A DNA stretch of 64,000 bases from assembly GCA_964016885.1 (NCBI GenBank), contig OZ024743.1, forward strand, positions 306,838,001-306,902,000, read 5' to 3'. This document shows, piece by piece, positions 14,189-28,510 of this stretch (the stretch's first letter is position 1; every line of letters begins with the position of its first letter). The position numbers and the translations under genes are program-made. This DNA comes from Eledone cirrhosa (Eukaryota). The notes beneath the pieces were generated by a model, which was given only the letters and a program-made list of their open reading frames with translations, made no database searches and was not told the origin of the DNA.

Positions 14189-14304
14189 TATAGATATATA
14201 TATATATAGATATATATATAGATATATATACATATACATATATATATATATAGATATATATATATATTAAAGTGTTAAACAATATTCAATGAGTATGTCA
14301 AGGA

Positions 14305-14510
14305 ATGAGTTTTACAGTAGATATACCCATACCTTCAAATGAAGAATACATGAGGAAAACTATCGAACAGACAAACTCTTTTATTAGAAGATTGAGATGG
14401 AGAGCTTTTCATTTCGAAAATAAAGATGCTGAAAGAAAAACCAACAACAATCATTTTGAATCCTTATTTAAATCAAGAATAAATCCTCCATACAACAAAC
14501 TTCTGACAGT
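14305..14510 (+). pseudogene. N-terminal fragment of a Penelope-like retroelement ORF
   Basis: DIPIPSNEEYMRKTIEQTNSFIRRLRWRAFHF...FKSRINPP resembles, from memory, the N-terminal IPIPS...FI(K/R)R(L/M)RW(K/R)A motif of PLE ORFs. Similarity is lost after about 14510. Confidence 0.6.
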
Positions 14511-15227
14511 TATATATATAGGTGTATATTTAACCTTAACATGCCTCAATCTATTATTTTATTTTTATCTTCGTCGTTATTATTTACCTAAAATATACTG
14601 GCTCATTAATATATATAATCGTTATTTAAATATTTCTAACAATAAGTACTTCAAAAGCTTTACATACCTAATATGTTCGTATCTTTGTTAAAGTTTAAAT
14701 TTAGGAAAATAATCAACAGTATAAAATTTCATTCTTGATGTGCCAGCTAAATTCTTTAAATGTTACCCTCATAAAACTCAGAAGCTTAGAATTGTTAACA
14801 CACTTATAGAATTTATAAAACTAATATATAAATAACCAGCAAAAAAATCCCGAAATCTTGATTCTTCACCCTAAAATTATAAATTAAATATTTTCAAAAT
14901 TAACCGTTTAACTTTCGGGAAAAATCTCCTTCTGCATATATATACCCCCCCCCTTTATCTTTCCCTCTCTATAAATCCTTTTCCAGGGGCTATCACTGGC
15001 TGTTATGATTCATGAGATGTTATCCTAGATAAATTGTAGTATCATACATTTTAAAATCTCTATAACTATTACATTAAGCAACGTTTTTCCTACTCACACA
15101 TTCTCTATTGAATTTATTACGTTTTCACATTTTTCATAATTAGGGTATAAATGTTAAATTTTCTCTTAGGTTAATCACTACCTTGATTAAATCCTAACCA
15201 TTTAACATCTCAGGGTATGTCATGTAT

Positions 15228-15284
15228 AATTATATTTTGTCTGATGAGGACGTACATCCGAAATATGTATAATAAAATGTAATT
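15228..15284 (+). ncRNA. Minimal type I hammerhead ribozyme
   Basis: Stem I AATTATATTTTGT/ATAAAATGTAATT (11 Watson-Crick + 2 G-U pairs); core CTGATGA; stem II GGA-cgtaca-TCC; GAAA; short near-palindromic stem III TATGTA; AUA cleavage triplet ending at 15271. Confidence 0.8.
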
Positions 15285-15572
15285 GATCAAAAGAACATCA
15301 ATTTTATTAATATTTGTATTTTAATATATATATATATATATATAAAGCAAGTTATCTATCTATCGAATTCGGTAGCAGCAAGCAAGAAAGCTAGTTAGTT
15401 AGATAGATAGTTACATTCCCCCCATCTATCTATTTACCTATCTTCAATCAATGTATTTGCTTATCTATTAATCTATCAGCTTCCTTTTCTCTCCTTTATC
15501 TCTTCCCGCCATTCTATTCTTCACATTTACACATGTACGTATATACAAATACACACATACACCTCCCCCACC

Positions 15573-15622
<50 letters not shown>

Positions 15623-15627
<5 letters not shown>

Positions 15628-15810
15628 AACCAGTAAGACCCCGACAGCTGAGCTCAAGCCGTTTCGACGGCTAATTCTGAATTAGCCGTCGAAACGGCTT
15701 GAGCTCAGCTGTCGGGGTCTTACTGGTTCCTATTACCCACTCTACTACCTCAAGTATTGAGTACTTTGGTGCGTTATGGTCCACCTGGTTCCTTACCACA
15801 TTTCCTTCGT

Positions 15811-15812
<2 letters not shown>
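15623..15812. repeat. Fold-back insertion (55-bp perfect arms) in (TA)n; same family as 56317-56795
   Basis: 15623-15677 is the exact reverse complement of 15679-15733, followed by an 80-bp unpaired tail. Confidence 0.9.
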
Positions 15813-15883
<71 letters not shown>

Positions 15884-15889
15884 GTATGT

Positions 15890-15942
<53 letters not shown>

Positions 15943-15993
15943 TGTATGTATGTATGTATGTATGTATGTATGTATGTATGTATGTATGTATGT

Positions 15994-16600
15994 CAGGTCA
16001 CCAGTTGGTGCTACTGGTAACATGTATCCCAGTACAACCTGTCCCATGGTCGGGTCGTTGGCGACTAAACTGGCAACCCCACCAAGGTTTCTTGGTGAGG
16101 AGGGTGACTTTGGACATCCCGCAGGACTAAAAACAAAACCTGTCAAAGGGCAAAGGAGCTCTTAAGAGTCAATGGCCATCCAAAATCACCAGGAGAGATG
16201 ACCCCTTAGCCTTTGTCAAGGCAGAATTCTAGGAGAAGGAAAACTCTGATATAACACCTGCAACCCTGATGGTTTCCAATGATGTTGACTTGTTCTTCTT
16301 TTTGGGAAATATCATCTTGGTTAAGAGAGTGGGACTGGCTTTGTGCAGTGCCTTTGCTCACTATAAAAGCTTCACGGCACAGGCATTGCTTTATATCTGG
16401 AGATCTCTCTGCACTTGTCGTCACATGGTACCATGGGCCCAGCACTATGTGTCAATAATTGTCACAAGTGTAGTGTTTGTACCAGAGTTTTCAAGTCGCT
16501 GGCTGGACGTAAAAGTCACACTTATTCAGCGCATCGGTAGGGGTTCTCCTACATGGATATAAAGTAGTGGCCGTACTCGAAAACGAGTTGGCAGCCACCA
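15994..16600 (+). mobile_element. ~600-bp non-autonomous retroposon (RTE-like 5' UTR, 3' stem-loops, (TGTA)n tail)
   Basis: Near-identical inverted copy at 53868-54474. Contains CTAGGAGAAGGAAAACTCTGA, an RTE-like 5' motif by recall. 3' hairpin ACTCG-AAAA-CGAGT. (TATG)n on both sides. Confidence 0.65.
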
Positions 16601-16639
16601 TGTATGTATGTATGTATGTATGTATGTATGTATGTATGT

Positions 16640-17160
16640 CGGGTCACTCTTGAGTGTTACTGGTAACATGTAACCCAGTACAACCTGTCGCATGGTCGGG
16701 TCGTCGGCGACTAAACCGGCAACCCCACCAAGTTTACTTGGTGAGGAGGGTGATTTTGGACACCCTGCAGGACAAAACAAAAAACAAAACCTGACAAAGG
16801 GCGGAAGAACTCATAAGAGTCAACGGCCATCCAAAAGTATGTAAATATGTATATACATATGTACATGTGTATGTATATGTGTATATACATGAGTGCATGT
16901 GTATGTATATGCGCAGGGACATTGAAATAGTCGGGCTGGACACCCGATCGCGCAGTTAAACCACTGGGAGTGAAGGACCCCTAGCCTTTGTCAGGGCATT
17001 CTTCTAGGAGAAGGCAACTCAGGAAACTGGGTTAACTCCGACATAAAACCTGCGGCTCAGTAGTTACCGATGATGTTGATCTTTTCTTCTTTTCGGGTTA
17101 TAGCCACTGTCGCTCAGGGAGTGGGATTGGCTCATTACACAGTCTTTCCTCACTTAGAAT
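16640..17160 (+). mobile_element. Related retroposon 5' region, head-to-tail behind the previous copy
   Basis: Same 5' sequence (tactggtaacatgtaacccagtacaacc...ggcgactaaaccggcaacccc), interrupted by a microsatellite near 16838-16912. Confidence 0.6.
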
Positions 17161-18390
17161 TGATGTGTCCGAAAACGGAAGAGCCGAACTCTCACTGTCA
17201 TCGACTCCATCTTTCTCGCCCTCCCCATCTCTCTGTATAGTGAGCAAATGGGATCCCATATGCTGGCCGCACCACGGCCCCGGCGAACAGAATGGAGAAG
17301 GCGTTTCCTCGGAGGATGGTAAGGGAGATGCGTTGGAAGAGCCATTCCATCTCGCGAGGCTCCTACCTGCGGCTAACCAGCTCAGCGCCTATGGTGGTAA
17401 GTAGGGAGGTAGCCCTAAGGCCAAGGATACCATAAGTCTCCACTACTAGGGGCACGACCGCAAATATATCGGAGACCGGCCGATACTTGGAGAGTTTTCA
17501 CTCCTCAGCCCGAAGTACATGTGTATTATGTTATACTAGCTGGCCCCGTGCCGTCAAAAATTACAGCTAATTGTAATATCTATACATAATATAAAAAAGA
17601 AATGTTTGCTTGTTGGTTGGTTGGTTGGTTCCTTCGCGCTCACTCACACAAGTGATACAAATACACAAACACACAGCCAATGTGTGTAGCCAACTCGCTA
17701 CACATAATACGCACACACGTGTGACGAATCTTAGAACGCTGGACTTCTATAGTTTCTTCCCACCCCTACTTCCTCAGTCATCACATAAATGTGTGTATAT
17801 GTAATAATTATTTCTTCTAAGTGTGTTTGTTTATATATATCTATATGTAGGTGCGTGTGTGTTTGTAATTCTATTGTCTAAGTATCTTTCTAAATAAACA
17901 CACACAAACGCATATACACTCAGACAAATATTATATATAAAGATAATTTACACAAACACACATATACACACAAATAAATACTCACATAATCATAACAACC
18001 AATGTGTGTAGCCAATTTGCTATACATATACACACACAAGTGTAGCGAATGTTAAACGCTGCTTTCTGTAGTTTGTCATCAAGCCCTCTTTCCTCAGTCG
18101 ACGTCATCACCCTTCCTTCCAGTCATCTTTTTATATATCTATATATTACTAAATGTCTGTGATTGCTTGCTTGTCTGTAATGTAATACAACCAAAAGGGC
18201 ATATAATGGGAAAATACTTTGAAAGGAAGTTGCCCCTGAAATGGGAATACAAATGGAATAAAGCAAGTTTCGCGTAAATCGAAGCACGGGTTCCCGAGAT
18301 ATGGGGTGTTCCTGGTGCTTTCATAAACAGGAGAGATAAAGATAGAGAGAAAGAGATAGTGGTTGTGAGAGAGTAGATTGAAATAGAGAC

Positions 18391-18428
<38 letters not shown>

Positions 18429-18514
18429 CAGAGAAGGAGAATGGAAGAGGGAGAGCTAGTGGTGTTGTTGTGTATATATATGTGTGTGTGTGTCTATGAC
18501 ACCCACGTATATAT

Positions 18515-18554
<40 letters not shown>

Positions 18555-19506
18555 TTAATACATTAATAGAGAAAGCTTTAAGCAATACTCCGACCGACTT
18601 CCGTCTCTCTCAACAAACATTAGGATATAACTTAGTATAATCCCAATTATACGTTTGGGGTGCTAACTCTACGTATTTTGCGGATAGCCAGTTGTATTAT
18701 TTTATATGAGACATAATTAAATACATCCCTCTTTCCAAACGATCATTTCATTATAGGTTTTCTACAAGTTGGGAAAATAATGTCCAGGTTATGTAGAAGC
18801 CTACACATAGTCTATAGGAATATATGCAGGTGGGCACTTATAAATCATCAGTGGATGCCCAACAATATCGATATAAAAAAACCCTACCGATATTAACATT
18901 CAGCGATGGTACCCGTCAGTGTTAGAGTGACCGCCAAATTTGAAATTCCAGCAGTCTCACAAAAAGAAATCTCACACCGTCACCAAGCGGGAAGGGGAGG
19001 TCATCGCAAAACATAAAAGGATAAAATAATATGCACGCAGGTCAATTAATTCTGTCAAGAACTTTAACCATGCGTGAAGAAATCAATTGGATATTAAAAA
19101 AATAAATATATGCATACCTGCATATAGGTATTTTCTCAGGCTAAAAACAGAGACAAGATACCGGAAAAACAATCAATATTTCATACAAAGAATAAATAAA
19201 GAAAGTCATACCTAAAAATATCTGGAAATTTTCATATATATGTATGTATACAAACACATATTTATATATATACACACACACATATATATATATGGGCCTA
19301 CCAGTTTCATTTCACATTATATACATGTTTGTGTATTTTTTAATTGTTTAAAAATTATTTTTAAGTAAACATGAATTTAAAAAAAGTATTTTGAAGTGAA
19401 CGTGACCCAACACGTCAAGAGTGGTCTAGTATCTAGTATTATATAATTTTCTCTTAGATTAAAAACTTGTTCAGACTTATTCTTGGTATTAGAAGGATAA
19501 CTGACA

Positions 19507-20188
19507 ATCTAAACTATAATAAAGGAAGGTCTGCGGGATTGCGTACGGTTTATTATTTTTTTTATCTCGTTTGTAAAATAAGCTGAATTACTTTGAATAA
19601 ATAATTGCAAGGAAGAGAAGATAGGAAGGAGGAAAAAGAATGTATGAAAGGTCACAAACATTAAATAATTGTTTCTACTTTTGGCACAAGGCCAGCAATT
19701 ATCCAGTGCATTACTGGTACTTTATTTTATCGACCACGTAAGGATGAAAGGAAAGTTAACCTCGGCGGGATTTGAACTCAGAATTATTTTTGAATAAATA
19801 ATTAATGAATATTACATAATTTATCTACTAAATTTCCTGGCTGTTCATTAAATATATTTTGTTTATTTAAAGATTTACTTCTTTAAAATTTCTGAAATGT
19901 CAACACTTCCGGTGGCGATTGCTTAAATAAGCATACTAATTTTCTGTCACTAATTTTCTCCTAATGCAGGTTTTATATAATATCGTCTTTTTTAATGTAT
20001 CATGGATTACGTTACTGATTACAGAAGATAGTGTAAAGCAGTCTTCGTTCAATTTCTATGTATTATATATTGTCAATTACGATTTTATTTGATGTATCAT
20101 ATCTACATGTATATATACCTGCGTATATCAATATACACACTACACATGCTAGGAGAAAACCACTCGAAGGGTGGTTTTTCTGCTAGTA
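19507..20188 (-). mobile_element. Putative Helitron/Helentron-type non-autonomous repeat with an internal SINE (19665-19782)
   Basis: Terminal hairpin CTAGCAGAAAA-CCACCC-TTCG-(A/G)GTGG-TTTTCT(G/C)CTAG. Homologous copies at 22952, 23549 and 48638. The class assignment is inference. Confidence 0.5.
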
Positions 20189-20354
20189 ACTATAATGGAG
20201 AAGGCATCTTGCATAGCTAGGGACAGAGCGCGGGTATAGAGCAAACAATTATTTTCTGCTGTGGGAGCAGCAATATTTTAACTTTCGGGTCACCCTAATA
20301 TACATATATTCATATGTGGTTGACAGCTGAGAGAAATGAGTACTAGGTACTGAG

Positions 20355-20442
<88 letters not shown>

Positions 20443-20444
20443 AC

Positions 20445-20711
20445 AAAGAGATGAAATCGAAAATGCAACTGGAGTCTTATTTTTTTTTTAAATATATATA
20501 TTGTGAGAAAAACCACAGACCCTCCATCTCAACTCTAGTTTTGAAAAGCAGAAGAACTGCGAAACCGGTAAAGGAACCAAATAAATATATATATATTTTT
20601 TTTAAATAAGACTCCAGTTGCATTTTCGATTTCATCTCTTTTTCTTTATACTTTCACTCGTGTAGGACACCTCGGTTATTTTTCAATTTGTGAAAAAAAC
20701 CTCACTTTCTA

Positions 20712-20712
<1 letters not shown>
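20445..20712 (+). repeat. Fold-back insertion in (TA)n; inverted sister copy at 21757-22050
   Basis: Internal inverted repeat (agatgaaatcgaaaatgcaactggagtcttat / ataagactccagttgcattttcgatttcatct). Contains GCAG-aagaa-CTGC-GAAA-CCGG-TA followed by AATAAA. Confidence 0.75.
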
Positions 20713-20757
<45 letters not shown>

Positions 20758-20919
20758 TTAAGGATACTATTTATGGTTATGTATATACTAAAACCTTTTA
20801 TAGTTATATATATTTTAAACCCTAAATAGTGAAAGACAGTAATTTATTACTACCTTATTACCAGTAAGATAAATAGCTCAATGTAATAACATCAGTTGTT
20901 CTACAGAGCAGTTATATAG

Positions 20920-21652
<733 letters not shown>

Positions 21653-21690
21653 ACACATTTCACAATGCTTCAAGCAAACTTTAACACCCT

Positions 21691-22225
<535 letters not shown>

Positions 22226-22951
22226 GATATGTATATATGTGTGCTCTCCTTACTATCCTTGCTTTCATATTTCTCCTTGCTCCCCTTTTCTCATTGTATA
22301 GATACAAGGAAAAGGGGAGAGCAAGGAGGGCAAGGAGGAAAGGAGACAATAAGAAAAGGAGAGCAAGGAGAGCAATGAGAAAATGAGAGCAATAAAAAAA
22401 GGAGAACAAGGATACCAAGGAGAGCAAGGAGAGCAATGAGAAAAGGGGAGCAAGGAGAAAAGGAGAGGAAGGAGAAAAGGAGACCAAAGAGAAAAGGGGA
22501 ACGAGGGTAATAAGAGAGCAAGGAGAGCAAGGATAGCAAGAATAAAAGGATATGTATATATATATATACAATGTCTACAATGTATATATATATAGATTTG
22601 CTGGGGTTGTCTGGATGTGTCATGTTTCTCAATAAACAAGCTCAATGGACGTTGGTTCAGGGCATCAATAATTCAAATGTAAAATGTAGAAAGTAGAAAA
22701 AAAGAAAGAGAGAGGGAGAACCATATATTATTTAAAAAACACAGTATATATAATGCAAATAATATTAAGTAAAATGTACATATAATAGGTGAAAGAAAGC
22801 TATTTTTCCAAGTTGTTGTTTTTTTCATTTAAAGTATTTATATTTTCTTGAATATTATTTGCTTTATGTATATGTGTACAAAATACTATGTTTCTTAAAC
22901 GATATATGGTTCTCTCTATCCCTACATATATATTTTAAATTAGAATTATAT

Positions 22952-24026
22952 ATACTAGCAGAAAAACTACCCTTCAGATGGATTTTCTGCTAGCATGTGT
23001 TGTGTGCATATTCATATTATACGCAAATATATATGTATATAGATATGATACGTCAAATAAAGTTGTAATTGACAATATGCACAGAAATTGAAGAGAGACT
23101 CTCTTCTGTAATCAGTAAAGTAATCCATGATACATTTAAAAAAAGACGATATTATATATAAAAGCATTATGACGAAATGTTATGAAAACGAAAAAGGAGA
23201 AAATTAGCGACGGAAATATAAACATTATATAATGATGCAAATATATGAACGTTTATATATAATGATATATAAGCGATGTGATATAGCGTACGGCTATATG
23301 TGTTATGATATAACTGTTACTAACCGGAAGTGTAGACATTTGAAAATGTTAAAGAAGTGAATCTTAAAATAAGCTATACATTTATAAATACATATATAAG
23401 AATATTTATGTTTAATTAACAGCTACAAAATTTAGTAGATAAATTACATAATATTCATTCATGATTTATTCAAAGTAATCCAAATTATCTTAATTACGTG
23501 TTCAGAAAAAATATCCCTGGTAGTCCCGCAGGCCTCCAATCATTATATATACTAGCAGGTGGTTTTCTGCTAGCATGTGTAGTGTGTATATTGATATATA
23601 CACAAATATATATGCATGTAAATATGATACATCAAATAAAATCGTAATTGACAATATACACAGAAATTGAACAAAGTCTATGTTACACTGTCTTCTGTAA
23701 TCAGTAATCCATGATATATTAAAAAAAAGACGACATTATATATAAACTGCATTAGGAGAAAATTAGCGACGGAAATATATGCGATTATAAGTGTTATAAT
23801 ATAACGGTCGCTAACCGGAAGTGTTGACATTTGATAATTTTAAAGAAGTGAATTTTAAAGATGAAGCTATAAAATATATTTAATCAACAGCCACGAAATT
23901 CAGCACATGAATTATGTAATATTCATTCGTTATTTATTCAAAGTAATCCAACTTATTTTACAAACCCGGTAAAAAATATATATTCTGGACTCAATCCCGC
24001 AGACCTTCCTTTATTATAGTTAAGAT
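22952..24026 (+). mobile_element. Two head-to-tail copies of the Helitron-like repeat
   Basis: ATACTAGCAG...TTTTCTGCTAGCATGTG starts at 22952 and 23549. Shared body (aaccggaagtg, ttattcaaagtaatcc) and shared end (cccgcag..ct.c...attata). Confidence 0.55.
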
Positions 24027-24103
24027 ATATATATATATTTTTTAAATGTCTTTCCACCACTCCTCCACACACCCTCGAAACTCTCTTCCTGCCCACTTTT
24101 CTC

Positions 24104-24131
24104 CTGATGAAGGGCTTATGCCCGAAACGTC
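24104..24131 (+). ncRNA. Hammerhead catalytic core, stem I not formed (truncated)
   Basis: CTGATGA-A-GGGC-ttat-GCCC-GAAA-CG-TC. The downstream sequence does not pair with the upstream sequence. Confidence 0.5.
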
Positions 24132-24169
24132 GTCCCCCACCCCACCCCCCACTCTCAAGCGTGAAACTA

Positions 24170-24390
24170 ATAATGATTTCTTATATAGGTACAAGGCCAA
24201 CAATATTGGGGGAGGGGGAAGTCGATTAAATCGATCCCAGTACGTGACTGGTACTTTATTTTATCGACCCCGTAAGGATGAAAGGCAAAGTTAACCTCGG
24301 CGGGATTTGAACTCAGAATGGCAAGGGCCGTAACTCTATGCGTTAAAGCATGGTGTTTGACTCTCCACCGATACTGCCAATCCACCACCC
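24170..24390 (-). mobile_element. Full-length tRNA-derived SINE
   Basis: Minus strand: GGTGGATTGGCAGTATCGGT (A box), GAGTTCAAATCCCGCC (B box), core GCCTTTCATCCTTACGGGGTCGATAAAATAAAGTACCAG (resembles the Meta/MESC-type central domain, from memory). Confidence 0.8.
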
Positions 24391-24696
24391 TGGATTGTCA
24401 GTGTTGTACCTGTACGTGTGTGTATTTGTGTATGTGTCTTTTGTGAAGGTGCATGTGTTAGTAGTTAGAATGTTCCCCTCACGACCGTGAGTTCTATTGC
24501 CTGCGGCATATCCAGTCCATGAACAACACATTTTGTTTCACTTTGCTCCGGCTCCAGTCCACTTAGCTCGTAAAGTTGTACCTGTTTAATCCAAAGAGCC
24601 AACATTTGCAGACAATATGTTGTGCTGATTTTTCATGGAAATTATGATAGAGGTACATGAATCTGTAGAATATGTAACCACTTGCACGTTAATTGT

Positions 24697-24723
24697 GATA
24701 GATAGATAGGTAGGTAGGTATAA

Positions 24724-24789
<66 letters not shown>
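24697..24789. repeat. (GATA)n microsatellite at the 3' end of Tx1 element A; further tracts at 30605-30673, 31012-31038, 36387-36466 and 42170-42191
   Basis: Read directly from the sequence. Confidence 0.97.
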
Positions 24790-25022
24790 TTCTTTATTAG
24801 CCACAAGGGCGCAACAAGAAAGGGGACAATACAAAGACATGCCGGGGATTTTACATACAGTCGTGTAAAAAATATAAAAACAAACAATTTCAACAATCGA
24901 AATCCCCAATAGGGGGGAGGCGCCACAAATGGGTTGTTTAATACCCCGTCGATAGAACAACCCTCAACTCAAGGAGCGTGTTGTGCAAGTGCTCCTTTCT
25001 TCCTTTTGCTCTCTTCCTCAAC

Positions 25023-28000
25023 CTACAGGCTTATAAACAGAGAAGGCCCAATCACTCGGGCCATTTTCGCTTCATTCACCCACCTTTCAGTAAATTTACT
25101 GGGGTGCAGTGCCTCTCTCTCCACCCTGATTCTCCTTCTAAAGTGATACTTAAAGAATGGAATCAATTGTTGTCCGGAGAGAAAGGCATCTGTCCTCAGT
25201 CCTCTCAACCTCGTCCACCATATAACTTCTTTCACCATAGCCACCGTACAGAGGAAAACCGCCTCTCTTTCGTTTTTGAAAGAGTCTGGCGGTTTGATCC
25301 TTACTATGGACTCGGCAGTCAACTGTATTTGTCCCATACGCGACAGCAGTTGTTCTGCATAGTTCCACAGGTCGCTTACGCCCGGGCAGTGCACAATTGC
25401 GTGCAGAACTGTTTCAATGTCCTGCGCACATCTTGGACACGTCCTCTTGGAAGGATCCCTGCCAGGGCGTCCGTGCCTGTAGATCTTGTCACGAACCGGT
25501 AGAGCTCCTCGGTAGCACTGCCAGGCCAGGGACCTCTGGAAGTTGTCCATAGGTCCCGGGCGGAAAGTCCTACCAAACATACTGGTGAGCTCATCGTCTT
25601 CGACGCCCAGAGTCTCTCCGAGCACGTCGTCGCCCTTGTAACGTACAATCCCTCTATAGAATGTCGAAGTGGAGTCTCCACTGATTGCTGCGCCCGCTTG
25701 CCAGAGGACTGTGAGCGCCTGAGCGCATTCAATGTGCCAGGCGCCCATCGTTTTCGGTCTTTTCTTCACCCAGGACTGCAGCTCCGTTAGCGAGACGAGC
25801 TGTGGGAAAGCCTGTCTCACAAACGGTGCCCACACCGGTTGGGGGTCGGTGAGGAATACCTGGAGATGCCGCAGCCTCAGCGCATGTTTGCGCATCATCA
25901 GCCACGGCATTCCCAGCCCTCCGTTGGAAGGGTGCTGACAGCAGACGGATCTCCTCACCAGCGGAGCCTGCTTCTTCCACAGAAACTGGAAGAGCATGCG
26001 TTCCATCTTGGCGAGGTGTTCACGGGGACAAGGCACGACAGTCAAGCGGTAGTAGATGACGGACGCTATGAAAGTGTTCGCCACCTCCGCTCGACCTTTC
26101 AAGGACAGTTTGCACTCTGCCCACTTCTGAGTGAGTGCAAACACCTTGGCCGTGACCTCGTTCCAGTTTTTCTCCACCTGGAGGTCTGGACCGAACCAGA
26201 CCCCGAGCAATTTCACCGGTCCGTCCGTCCAGCGTCCAACGACGCTGTCGGATGTCATCGGTTTGCCTCTCCACGTACCGAGTTGCAAACCGACAGACTT
26301 GTCTGAGTTTAGTTTTGCTCCCGTCAGCGTTTCATATTCTTTCAGTATGTTGCCGATCACCCCGATTTCCGAGGTGCTCGACACCATTACTGTCACGTCG
26401 TCGGCATAAGCCGACGCCGCTTTGCGCAGTCCCGGTTCTAGGGGGATGCCCTGCAACAGCTCCAATTTCCGCAGTAGTGGCTCTAGAGTCAATACATACA
26501 GAATGGAGGAGAGAGGGCATCCCTGTCGAATGGAACGCGTGATTGCGAACGGCTCCGATAGGTAGTCGTTCACCTTGACCCTCGAGCAGATGCTGGTGTG
26601 CATCGCCTCGATCCATCCTCTGAACACGGGACCGAAACCGGCCGCCTTGAGAACCGCTTCCAAGTATCGATGGTCGACCCTATCGAATGCCTTAGACTGA
26701 TCCAAGTTGATCAGAGCCCCACCGAAGCCGGGTTTACTACGCACCCTCTCTATGATGTATCGCATGAGGTGGAGGTTGTCGTGTATGGACCTGGTTGGGA
26801 TTGCACACGTTTGCGCTTTCCCTACCAGGTTCTCGACGACAAGCGCCAACCTCGTCGCTAGCACCTTGGCCAAAATCGTTAACTCTGTGTTGAGCAGAGT
26901 TATGGGCCTGAAGTTGTTAATTTCGTCCCCCTTGTTCTCGTCTTTCCTGATCAGCGTTACTACGCCCTTGCCTGCAGAACTGAGAATTCTCCCGTTCTGC
27001 TGCCAATTGCAGTAGACGGCTTCGAGGACGCCAGAGAACAAGTCCGGCATGTCTATGTAAAATTCGTAGGGTAGACCATCTAGACCGGGTGACTTGCGTT
27101 TCCCGCAGCGGCCCAGAGCGTCCCGTATCTCAGTGTCCGTGGTCGGTCTTTCGCAGAACTCGGCGTCCGTGTTCGAGAGACGCGGCAGGCCGTCGAGGTA
27201 TGAACTAAAGTCCATTGCCCCGTTCGGCTCACCGTCGTTCTGCTCAAACAGTCGCGCAAAGTGCCGCTGAAAGGCCGCGCACATTTGCTTGGGGTCAAGT
27301 AGCACGCGTCCGTTTTGGTCTTTCAAAGACCGAATCGCGGACTTGTTGCCACTTTTTGCCTCCGCCACTCGGGCCCAGCTGACAGCTTTCGCTCCTTCGT
27401 TTCCTAGAGCACGTGTTTTGCTTCTGACTACGCAGCCTTCGTGTTTCCCATCGAAGAACTGGTCCAGTGCCGTTCTCGACGCTAACACTCTAGCCGCGTT
27501 GCCACTTCTAAGTGCCTCCTCTACCTTGGCTACTAGTTCTCTTTCTATTCTGTTTTTCTCTAAGGCTAACTCTCTGCTATACCCTATCGATTCTATTCTA
27601 ATTGCTTTCTTGAGAGAGTACCACCATCTATTGTTGACGATGGCTCCCGTTAACTGTTGCTTGACTAGTTTACTTATCCGTTCACTGTAAGCTTTACGTG
27701 CCGGCAACGACACGTTCAGCTTCCAGTATCCGGGACCCTGTCTATGTATTCTATCACGGTTGACTAAGCAGACGACTAACTTGTGATCTGAATAGGCAAC
27801 CATGTGCATTCGTGGACAGCTTAACATATCCTTGTCCCTTTCTCTAATGAAGAACCTATCTAAATACGATCTAGATGTCCCACTGCGGTTTACCCACGTC
27901 TACTGTGGTGCAGTCGGGAAATCCAGTCGATACCTATCGGCCAGTTGGAATTGGCCGATTAAAGTTTTGAGGCTGTTGCACCCCGCTCTACTGGGACATG

Positions 28001-28469
28001 CTCCCACATAGTTCCATCGTGCATCTAGGATACCATTCCAGTCCCCCACTAAAAGTAAGGAGCGAGACGTTCCCAGAAAAGACTCTAGACGCTTAAAGAA
28101 GTCTGGCCGTGATTGCGATTGCCCGGTCGGGGCATAAACGGCCACCAGTCTGAAGGCTCCACCTCCGATACTGTTCACGTCTAGGACTACCAGTCTACCC
28201 TCCGGGTCCAAGTGTACTTGCTGTACTCCGACGTCCAGGTTCTTCCGAAACATAACAGCCACTCCACCTCCACCTCCTGGCTGACAGAGAGATGCGTAGA
28301 TCTCAAAGTCGTCGAAGATGGGGGTTAGTTGCTGCCTGTTGTGGATTCTGGACTCGGTGATGGCTATCACATCCATACTGTGTGACCTAAGGTCGTTTAA
28401 AAGTTGGCCCTGTTTCCAGGGCATCCCTAGGCCACGCACATTCACGGTTCCAACTCGTAAACCAGCCAT
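25023..28469 (-). pseudogene. Element A ORF2 (APE endonuclease + reverse transcriptase + zinc-binding C-terminus), one in-frame stop
   Basis: NVRGL, GDWN, SYLD and SDHK (endonuclease); PGLDG, FRPITLLN, DQSKAFDRV, QGCPLS and YADD (RT); CPRC..ETVLHAIVHC. The ORFs 27900-28469 and 25023-27827 are in the same frame, separated only by TAG at 27900-27902 where elements C and D have Trp. Confidence 0.93.
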
Positions 28470-28510
28470 GTTGGTGAAGAAAAGTTGGAGAAAAAGGACG
28501 AAAGGTGCAC

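Noticed and set aside
15994-16090. HDV-like or twister ribozyme at the retroposon 5' end
   Set aside because: Hairpins are present, but I could not assemble the required pseudoknot or catalytic residues.
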